From NCBI GenBank assembly GCA_965205855.1, contig OZ242184.1:672001-736000 (forward strand): 64,000 nucleotides of DNA. Reading direction: 5' to 3'. The stretch comes from Thermodesulfobacteriota bacterium (GTDB lineage: Bacteria > Desulfobacterota_D > UBA1144 > Nemesobacterales > Mycalebacteriaceae). A program made the translations under genes and the position numbers. Below are positions 28,567-35,597 of this stretch, in pieces. Each line of letters starts with the position of its first letter. Within the stretch, counting starts at the first letter, position 1. A model generated the notes under the pieces. That model was not told the origin of the DNA and did no database searches. It worked only from the letters and a program-made list of their open reading frames with translations.

Positions 28567-30711
28567 TCAGGGGGAGAACGTGTTTTTTTCCTTGACTTCC
28601 TTGTACGCCTTGCGGAAATGAGACGCCGTTATTCTGAAAGCGCTTTTTCTGTTCTTTATCTGCTCGTTGAGGGCAAAAATGGACGCTTTTTGACAGACAA
28701 GTTTTATGTCCGCTCCCGACATTCCTTTCATCTTTGCCGCCAGAGTTTTAAGGTTCAGATTCTTTGCGACAGGTTTCTCGCCGTTGTGAATACCGAGGAT
28801 TTCCTCAATGCCCGAAGAGTCCGGAAGCGGTATGTCAAGAACCAGATCAAACCTTCCCGACCTCATTAGCGCAGGGTCCACAATGTCTCTACGGTTTGTC
28901 GCGGCAAGCACCTGAACGTCGGATAATTCCTCTATGCCGTCCATCTCGGCAAGCATCTGGCTTACGACTTGTTCCGACACTCTGTTGCCATCGGAATCCC
29001 TTCTTGCCGGCGCGAGTGCGTCTATTTCATCAAAGAAAATTATCGCCGGAGCCACCTGTCTTGCCTTTGAAAAAACATTTCTTATCGCCCGCTCGGATTC
29101 GCCGACATATTTTGAAAGAAGCTCTGCCCCTTTGACCGATATAAAGTTGACCCCGCATTCGTTTGCAAGGGCTCTGGCAATAAGGGTTTTTCCGGTTCCC
29201 GGAGTTCCGCATAACATTATGCCTTTTGGCGGGCTCACCTCTGCCGCTTTGAAAAGCTCCTTGTGTTTTAAAGGCATAATCACCGATTCGTAAAGGGTGT
29301 TTTTAATCTCTTTCAACCCGCCTATGCTCTCAAGCCCCGCTTCGGGTATGTCAACTGATATTTCTCTAATTGCGGAAGGCTCCACCTCTTTCAGGGCGGT
29401 GGTAAAGTTCTCCATTGAAACGACAACCGCGCTGTTATCTTTCTTCGCTTTCCGCGCGGTGGTGGTTGCGGCATCGTCATACTCCTGCGCGCCGCTGTCA
29501 AGCAGGCCGCTGAGTGCTTTGAGAGCGGATTCCTTGCACAACATCTCAAGGTCGGCTCCCGTGAAGCCACTTGTCATTTCCGCGATACGTTGAAAGTCAA
29601 CATCCTTTGCAAGCGGCATATCTTTACAGTGAATTTTGAGAATTTCGGCTCTGGAAAGAGTGTCGGGAACATCAAGCGTTATCTCTCTGTCAAATCTTCC
29701 CGCCCGCCGGAGCGCGGGGTCTATTGAGTCCGGAAGGTTGGTCGCACCTATGACAGTCACATTCCCTTTTTTCTTCAGTCCGTCCATCATTGTGAGCAAC
29801 TGGGCGACCACTCTTTTTTCCACCTCGCCGGAGACTTTGTCTCTGCGCGGGGCTATGGCGTCCAACTCATCAAGGAATATGATGGATGGCTGTTTTTCTT
29901 CGGCGAGTTCAAAGATTTCCCTTATTCGCGCTTCGCTTTCCCCGTAATGTTTGTTGATTACTTCGGGACCGTTCACAATCTGGAAATTAACTTTTGCCTC
30001 ATAAATCGCAGACTTGGCAAGCATGGTTTTGCCGCTTCCGGGAGGCCCGATGAGGAGAATTCCCCTTGGTGGTTCTATTCCCAGATTGGCAAAAACTTCG
30101 GGAAAACGGATTGGAATCTCAACTATTTCGCGGATTTTGCTTATCTGCTTTTTCAGTCCGCCGATTTGCCCGTAGCCGACTCTGCCGTCCGGTTGGCTGT
30201 CTGCATTTTTCAGAACCCGTGCGATATTTATTCCGGTTGTTTTTTCAACAAAAACCGGTTTGGGGGAGGTTGGCACTGTGCTTATCACATAGATTTCCTC
30301 AGGGTTTTTGCCGTTTTTTCCCATGCCGACTTTGTCTCCGACCGTCAGGGGAAGTCCCAAGAGGATTGAATGAATGGCTTTTTTGCCGCCTCTTTCGTAG
30401 AGAACGGTTTTGTCCGATACGGCAACGGTAATCTGCTTTGCGGCTTTAAGGGATGATTTTCTGATTATTACAAAGTCGTTTATTCCCGACCGCGCGTTGT
30501 GGCGCGTGAACGAATCAATCTCAACGATGCCTTCATTTGAGCCGCCTTCCTCCTCAAGAGGCACGGCTCTTGCTGCGGTCTTTCTTTTTCCACCAATCTC
30601 TATGGCGTCAAAAGGTTCAACGCCCAACTCATGCATATTGTTGCGGCTGAGTCTGGCAAACCCTTTGCCGTGGTCTTCGCAATCTATTTCTGAAATTTTC
30701 AGTGAAATCAT
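28567..30711 (-). CDS. CDC48/VCP-family double AAA+ ATPase
   Basis: N-domain plus two AAA modules (GPPGSGKT, GTPGTGKT), DPALRRAGRFDRE, VEPSAIRE. Confidence 0.9.
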   Translation of the reverse strand: MISLKISEIDCEDHGKGFARLSRNNMHELGVEPFDAIEIGGKRKTAARAVPLEEEGGSNEGIVEIDSFTRHNARSGINDFVIIRKSSLKAAKQITVAVSDKTVLYERGGKKAIHSILLGLPLTVGDKVGMGKNGKNPEEIYVISTVPTSPKPVFVEKTTGINIARVLKNADSQPDGRVGYGQIGGLKKQISKIREIVEIPIRFPEVFANLGIEPPRGILLIGPPGSGKTMLAKSAIYEAKVNFQIVNGPEVINKHYGESEARIREIFELAEEKQPSIIFLDELDAIAPRRDKVSGEVEKRVVAQLLTMMDGLKKKGNVTVIGATNLPDSIDPALRRAGRFDREITLDVPDTLSRAEILKIHCKDMPLAKDVDFQRIAEMTSGFTGADLEMLCKESALKALSGLLDSGAQEYDDAATTTARKAKKDNSAVVVSMENFTTALKEVEPSAIREISVDIPEAGLESIGGLKEIKNTLYESVIMPLKHKELFKAAEVSPPKGIMLCGTPGTGKTLIARALANECGVNFISVKGAELLSKYVGESERAIRNVFSKARQVAPAIIFFDEIDALAPARRDSDGNRVSEQVVSQMLAEMDGIEELSDVQVLAATNRRDIVDPALMRSGRFDLVLDIPLPDSSGIEEILGIHNGEKPVAKNLNLKTLAAKMKGMSGADIKLVCQKASIFALNEQIKNRKSAFRITASHFRKAYKEVKEKNTFSP

Positions 30712-30820
30712 CTTTCCGAAAAGGATACATCATCACAAACGTAAAGTGTGAAACTCGCAAGTTGTTGAGCGCGCGAAAGATGTGTTGATTTTTCGCCTTT
30801 ATCACTTCACACTTCTAACC

Positions 30821-31927
30821 TTGATAATCAAATCCGTATCTCTTCGCAACATCAGGTCTTACGCCTCCGAAACCCTGACTTTTCATCCCGCTTTCAACCT
30901 TATATGCGGGGAAAACGGACAGGGGAAAACAAACCTTCTTGAGGCCGCCTATATGCTTTGCAGGTTCAAGCCTCTGAGAGGGTCTTCTTCGTCGGAGATT
31001 GTGCGTTTCGGAGAACAGTCCGCATTGCTCAAGGGAGTAATTGAAAAGTATTCTCCGGCTTCGGTAACAGAGGTAAGTATTTCTTTTTCGCGCACATCGG
31101 GCGGCAAAAGGGTTGAAGTTAACGGCAAAATGCCCGCGAATTTGTCAAAAAAAGCGCTTGATTTTGAGGTTGTTCACTTCACTCCGTCTGAAGTGGATAT
31201 TGTCAAGGGAACACCGTCTTTGAGGAGGCGGTACTTTGATTCAATAATATGTGGGCTTGTCCCGTCCCACTTTCAGGACATTGTGGATTTTCAACGGGTT
31301 CTTAAACAACGCAATTCCCTTCTTGCCTCCGGCCGTACTACGGCATCGGGAATTGAGTTGTGGAACGGACAAATGGCTGAAACAGGTGGGAGAATTGTTC
31401 AAAAGCGCGTTCGCCTTGTTGAAAGGATAAACCGTGAAATGAAGTCTATATACAGGCATATAAGCGGCACAAACGTAAACGTTTCAGCGGCTTACGAGCC
31501 GTCTTTTGAAGTTTCCGGTGCGGATAGTAGCTCCGATATGTCCGATTCCATCGGAAAAGCCCTTCAAAATGCCTTTTTGCACGATAAAAAGACAAGACAC
31601 ACATCAATAGGTCCCCACAGAGACAGAATCTCGCTTCAGATAGACGGAAAAGACAGTTCCCTGTTCGCATCTCAGGGAGAAGCAAGAAGTATCGTTTTAG
31701 CCCTTAAGGTAGCCGAAATCGGTCTTTGCAGAGCGATTAAGAAGGAAAGTCCCATATTCCTGCTTGATGACATATCAAGCGAACTTGATGCGAGAAGAAG
31801 AAAATTTCTTTTTGATATGCTTCTGGACTATTCTGGACAGGTCTTTGTAACTTCCACATCCACCTCCGATATTCTCTATCGGGGAAAACGGAAAGTTTTT
31901 GATATCAAAGCCGGAAGAGTGGCGTAG
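30821..31927 (+). CDS. recF: DNA replication/repair protein RecF
   Basis: GENGQGKTNLLEA, GPHRD, SQGE, LLDDISSELD; start probably TTG 30821. Confidence 0.93.
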   Translation: MIIKSVSLRNIRSYASETLTFHPAFNLICGENGQGKTNLLEAAYMLCRFKPLRGSSSSEIVRFGEQSALLKGVIEKYSPASVTEVSISFSRTSGGKRVEVNGKMPANLSKKALDFEVVHFTPSEVDIVKGTPSLRRRYFDSIICGLVPSHFQDIVDFQRVLKQRNSLLASGRTTASGIELWNGQMAETGGRIVQKRVRLVERINREMKSIYRHISGTNVNVSAAYEPSFEVSGADSSSDMSDSIGKALQNAFLHDKKTRHTSIGPHRDRISLQIDGKDSSLFASQGEARSIVLALKVAEIGLCRAIKKESPIFLLDDISSELDARRRKFLFDMLLDYSGQVFVTSTSTSDILYRGKRKVFDIKAGRVA

Positions 31928-31979
31928 GGTACGTTCTGGCTGATGAAAATTTCTCCAAAACTACGATTGATAAATTATA

Positions 31980-32007
31980 AGTTAACATAATATAACTTAC
32001 CGGACTT
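31980..32007 (-). other. dif: dif-like XerC/XerD site, left prophage junction
   Basis: Minus strand AAGTCCGGTAA-GTTATA-TTATGTTAACT; 11-6-11 layout with XerD arm TTATGTTAA. Confidence 0.9.
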
Positions 32008-32013
32008 TGTCAA
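31984..32013 (-). promoter_or_regulatory. Putative sigma70 promoter overlapping the phage dif site
   Basis: TTGACA (32013-32008), 18 nt, TATGTT (31989-31984). Confidence 0.6.
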
Positions 32014-32189
32014 TCCCTTTTTTTTCCATTCTCTTTTTCACTCTCTTTTTTCCATTCTCTGGCGAGTGCTCTAATGATCGCTTTGATGACCGCTTTCGTA
32101 ATTCTGAAAATGCCCCATCCTACGAGGATTATTATGCCTACGTATAATACGAGTGTAATTATCTCAATAGGGTTTTGGTTGTTCTCCAT
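32010..32189 (-). CDS. 59-aa single-transmembrane phage protein (candidate lysis protein)
   Basis: Manual translation MENNQNPIEIITLVIYVGIIILVGWGIFRITKAVIKAIIRALAREWKKESEKENGKKRD; ATG directly follows the H stop. Confidence 0.7.
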   Translation of the reverse strand: MENNQNPIEIITLVLYVGIIILVGWGIFRITKAVIKAIIRALAREWKKESEKENGKKRD

Positions 32190-32777
32190 TTAATTTTTTT
32201 TATTAAAACCTTTCCAAAACTTTTTTTGTTTCTTTAGTTGATTTGTATTGTGGTTCTTTATTTTTTTTGTACCCATACTGATTAGGTCTACCCATGTTAG
32301 AGGATCATGAAGGGCTCCCCTGAGTTGTTTATGGGACGTCATTTTATCCAACCCCTTGATGTTTATACCTAAGCTGTCTGCTATTGCTTGAGCTGCTCCT
32401 GGATTTCCGCTGTTAAATGTGTCTGTTACTATTTTGGTTAGTTGAGCTTCTTTGTTTAGCTCTGCTTGATACCGTTGTGTTTTTGCTTGCATGGCAGTGT
32501 TAGCGATTTGGCTCATATTCTGCAATTTTTGCATTTTGAATTGATTTCTGATTTCTGCTCCCGATGTATTTGCCTGTGTTTGTCCTGCGATTGACTGCCC
32601 GCTTGCTCCTGTTCCTGCCCAGTCCCAAGGTGATAATCCTGTTTGTTTAGGACCTTCCTCGTAGAATTTTTTCCATTCTCCTCCTGTTGGAGCTTTTGGA
32701 CGTTTAGGTTTTGACAGGATATTTCCTATGATTCCGCCTCCGGCGCTTACAAGCGCTGCTGTTAATGGGTCAGCCAT
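32190..32777 (-). CDS. Microvirus DNA pilot protein (H/VP2-like)
   Basis: Ala/Gly-rich hydrophobic N-terminus, LSPWDWAG (recalled phiX H: LNAWERAG), Gln/Asn-rich coiled coil. Confidence 0.8.
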   Translation of the reverse strand: MADPLTAALVSAGGGIIGNILSKPKRPKAPTGGEWKKFYEEGPKQTGLSPWDWAGTGASGQSIAGQTQANTSGAEIRNQFKMQKLQNMSQIANTAMQAKTQRYQAELNKEAQLTKIVTDTFNSGNPGAAQAIADSLGINIKGLDKMTSHKQLRGALHDPLTWVDLISMGTKKIKNHNTNQLKKQKKFWKGFNKKN

Positions 32778-34138
32778 TACATATATGTCCTATATTCATG
32801 TGAGTTATTTTGCTTCATCCAATCCTCCGGCGGCGGTATTGCTATTTCGCTGGCATATCTGTCTCCGAGTTTTTTCACAGTATTAAAGTACCTCTCCCTT
32901 TGTTGGCTGTTTTCTGATAAGTATCGTTGTACCGTTATTGAGTCTTTCTTTAAGGTCCTGCAATTTTTGCATCTTTTCAATTCGTTCCGTTTCTGCATTC
33001 TCTCCGCTCTTCTCATTATCCAGTCGTCCGACATCCCAACCATATTCTGTTTGAATTTCATTTGCAAATTCATTAAGTTCAGCGTTTTTCTGCTGGGTAG
33101 CGATACGCTCCAGTTCTTCGCGCTCCATTCTCTCCCATTCGCTGGCAAATTCGCCAGTTTCTCCAGCAGGTTCTTTCCCAGTCCCTGGCTTGTTATTGTT
33201 CGGGTTAATTTTTTCGTTTTCCTTTTGTTTTTCCATTCTGATGCCTCCTCTTTGGTGCTGTATTTTAATAGGTATCTCGTACATTTTTCAAGTGTTTTGA
33301 GCGGTTCTCTTTCTCGTCCGTAATACATTACTGCTCTTCCTTCCGGCGTTTTCTTTTCTTTCTTTTTCACTTCAGTGGGGAATACCCACTGACACTTATT
33401 TTTCCAGACGTCTCCCATGAACCTTATAGGCTGGCATGAAGTCCATCCCCATTTCCATAAGTTTCCCACGGCGGCGATTTCTCTTTTGTTTCCGGGTCTG
33501 CCTCGGTTTGGATCCCGCTTCCATTTTTCCGGAATCTCTTCCGCGATGATAATAGCGTGTATGTGTCCGTGGTCGTTTTTCTTTCCGTGTTCCGTTGTTT
33601 TGATATATGTCACTCCCTTCCAAGCATCTCTGTTTTTCCTTTCTACGCCTGCCGCGCTTGCGCACTCTCTTTTGAAGGCTTTGATAAATTTGCTCCATTC
33701 CTTTGAGCCTGCTCCAAAAGCCTTTTCATTATGATATGGAGTTGAGGTTAGTGTAAGAAACATCATATAAGCCTGCGTGTTATCATTCATAGCCTTTTGC
33801 GTCTGTAAGTAGTGTTTTCTTTTTCTTGCTTCTCTGTTGTGTTGATTCAGCAGTTCCCAATGTGGATTTATAGGTTGGTTTTCTCTTTTTTCCAGTTCAA
33901 GTCCTATCATTTCAAGTGCTTTATTTAGAGTTGGTATTCCGACTTGTTTAATAGTAAAGTTAGTTTCCCCCTTTAAGGCATATTTTTTTAGATCTTGTAT
34001 CAGGTTCGTGTTTTCCGCTGTTTGGTATTCATCGTTCACGATTTCATTTAGATGTCCCGCATAGCGGTGGTATTCTATTTTTTCTACAAGTTTTTTTGCT
34101 TGCCACCGTTTAAGTGCGGGTCCTCCGGCGGCAAGCAT
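32777..34138 (-). CDS. Rolling-circle replication initiator (HUH endonuclease, protein A-like)
   Basis: Motif I FLTLT, motif II HIHAI, motif III YLLKY with two tyrosines. Confidence 0.9.
   Translation of the reverse strand: MLAAGGPALKRWQAKKLVEKIEYHRYAGHLNEIVNDEYQTAENTNLIQDLKKYALKGETNFTIKQVGIPTLNKALEMIGLELEKRENQPINPHWELLNQHNREARKRKHYLQTQKAMNDNTQAYMMFLTLTSTPYHNEKAFGAGSKEWSKFIKAFKRECASAAGVERKNRDAWKGVTYIKTTEHGKKNDHGHIHAIIIAEEIPEKWKRDPNRGRPGNKREIAAVGNLWKWGWTSCQPIRFMGDVWKNKCQWVFPTEVKKKEKKTPEGRAVMYYGREREPLKTLEKCTRYLLKYSTKEEASEWKNKRKTKKLTRTITSQGLGKNLLEKLANLPANGREWSAKNWSVSLPSRKTLNLMNLQMKFKQNMVGMSDDWIMRRAERMQKRNELKRCKNCRTLKKDSITVQRYLSENSQQRERYFNTVKKLGDRYASEIAIPPPEDWMKQNNSHEYRTYM
32883..33236 (-). CDS. 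Overprinted internal scaffolding protein B-like ORF (117 aa)
   Basis: Alternative frame inside Rep; SD GAGGAGG before ATG 33236; begins at the EW codons after YxxKY, as phiX B does. Confidence 0.65.
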   Translation of the reverse strand: MEKQKENEKINPNNNKPGTGKEPAGETGEFASEWERMEREELERIATQQKNAELNEFANEIQTEYGWDVGRLDNEKSGENAETERIEKMQKLQDLKERLNNGTTILIRKQPTKGEVL

Positions 34139-34224
34139 TATCTCTCTGGCTGTGAACTGCCCGATTGAGTCTATTTCTGCCGTTTTAATCCTACTTACCC
34201 CCTTGGTCGTTTTGTTTTCGTGTC

Positions 34225-34713
34225 TTAGGAGCCACTTTTTTTACCACTTTTGCTTGGGAAAGCTGTTTCTATTATGTTTTTTCGGAACTCGTCAACCTCT
34301 AGTGTTTGCGTTCCCGTGGCGTAGAGCCACATAAGCGAGTGTATTTGAGTTGCGGTCATTCCTGCGGCAAAGTTTCCGGCTTCGTCATTTGCCAGTGTTT
34401 CCGCTCGTCTTGCACTCTCATACATCATTGCCACCTTGAGCCAGTTTGTTGGGCTCACAAAGATTACACAGTAGGCTGCGATTACATTTGCGCTAATGTC
34501 TACCATTTCGATACCCATTAGATCTGAGCTTTGTCTTATGAGTTGGTCAACCGCGGCTCTGTTTTCTGCTCGTTCTGATTTTAACCAGGGTTTTGGTCCA
34601 ACTACCGTTTCCCATCTTGCCCGCGGTATTCCGCTTTCCCGGATTAGGTCCGGGAAGTATATTTCCTTTGCGTGACGGATTGCCGTCATTACCCACTCGT
34701 TTGCTTCAATCAT
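34225..34713 (-). CDS. External scaffolding protein D-like
   Basis: KPWLKSERA..RAAVD..DLMG..VIAAYCVIFVSPTN aligns by eye with recalled phiX D KVWIATDRS..RRCVE..DFVG..FIAAVIAYYVHPVN; SD AAGGGGG. Confidence 0.8.
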   Translation of the reverse strand: MIEANEWVMTAIRHAKEIYFPDLIRESGIPRARWETVVGPKPWLKSERAENRAAVDQLIRQSSDLMGIEMVDISANVIAAYCVIFVSPTNWLKVAMMYESARRAETLANDEAGNFAAGMTATQIHSLMWLYATGTQTLEVDEFRKNIIETAFPSKSGKKSGS

Positions 34714-34948
34714 TGTATAAGTACCCCCTTTGTTTTTGATTGATTATTTTGTTGGCTATTTCTGTGGCACATTCTTCTATGCCTCTTTTGATTTTCACGA
34801 TTGCTTCTCTGTCTCTGTTTATCCATTCCTGTATTTTTTTCTGGTCTTTTGTTTGTTCAAGGAAAGCGAATTGTTTTTGGAGTGCCTCTGTTAGAGTTTC
34901 CAATTCCTGTGCTTTTTCGTTTATGAGATTGACTGTTTCTAAGTTCAT
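34706..34948 (-). CDS. 80-aa helical phage protein (positionally C-like)
   Basis: ATG 34948 begins 4 nt after the G stop; its stop overlaps the D start. Confidence 0.65.
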   Translation of the reverse strand: MNLETVNLINEKAQELETLTEALQKQFAFLEQTKDQKKIQEWINRDREAIVKIKRGIEECATEIANKIINQKQRGYLYND

Positions 34949-34952
34949 TTTT

Positions 34953-35597
34953 TTATGCCTTTGGATTGTATATATCCGTTGATATTTGCTCCCGCATTTG
35001 CATTTGTAAGCTAATAGTAGTGTCACCGGTTCCTTGATCTGCTTCTGTTTTTGCGATTGCGATGCCGAAACCAAACAGTATGTAATTTATTCCTATTCTT
35101 CTAAGTTCCGTGAAGTTGGCACTGGTTATTGTTAGACCACTTGTGAGGTTGTTCCAGTTCAGCACATGTAATGGCTGTGTTATGTAAGTTTGGGTGTTTG
35201 AGAGTTGTTGCGAGGTTGAACTTATGAACGGTGTTATTCTCTTTTCTTCCTCTTTATTTGTATTTCTTGCGCTCATTATCAGGTTAATAGTCCTTTCCAG
35301 GTTATCGTTAGGTATCTCTGAGATAAGCGATACTAGTATGTTGTTTTCCGTTATTGTGTGGTTGTTATCATAATTCCACAAATTTTCCCAATTTATATGT
35401 ATGCTTGCGTGCGTTATTCCCTTTGTTTGTTGCCCTGTAAGTATGTAAGACCTCTTAAAGTTGTTGGTACTTCCTATTGCCGGTGCTATTTCTGTTAAGT
35501 CTGTTGACTCACTTATTCTTTTTTGCGGCACATTGTAAGTTGTGTTTTGTTCCAGCCATAACTCTTTAGCGTCAAGTGTATTCCATCCATTTGCCAT
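34953..35597 (-). CDS. Major spike protein G-like
   Basis: Coupled to the capsid gene (TAATG); Thr/Asn/Ile-rich beta-type composition; C-terminus GINYILFGF..ISLQ..IYNPK resembles recalled phiX G GNNVYVGF..VSLNQ..LQPLK. Confidence 0.65.
   Translation of the reverse strand: MANGWNTLDAKELWLEQNTTYNVPQKRISESTDLTEIAPAIGSTNNFKRSYILTGQQTKGITHASIHINWENLWNYDNNHTITENNILVSLISEIPNDNLERTINLIMSARNTNKEEEKRITPFISSTSQQLSNTQTYITQPLHVLNWNNLTSGLTITSANFTELRRIGINYILFGFGIAIAKTEADQGTGDTTISLQMQMREQISTDIYNPKA

Noticed and set aside
33396-33698. Arg-rich 100-aa alternative-frame ORF in Rep as a J-like DNA-binding protein
   Set aside because: A-ending codon bias in Rep makes this frame stop-poor and Arg/Lys-rich by chance, and the SD spacing is poor; not excluded but unsupported.
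33995-34008. GAACCTGATAC as the rolling-circle nick site (compare phiX CAACTTGATA)
   Set aside because: Short imperfect match with no further similarity; cannot be distinguished from chance.
34191-34235. Tiny basic ORF (VAPKTRKQNDQGGK) after D as gene J
   Set aside because: Only 14 codons, no good SD, and no aromatic C-terminus like J.
34225-34713. phiX-type lysis gene E overprinted in D
   Set aside because: The +1 frame contains stop codons and no suitable start in the equivalent region.
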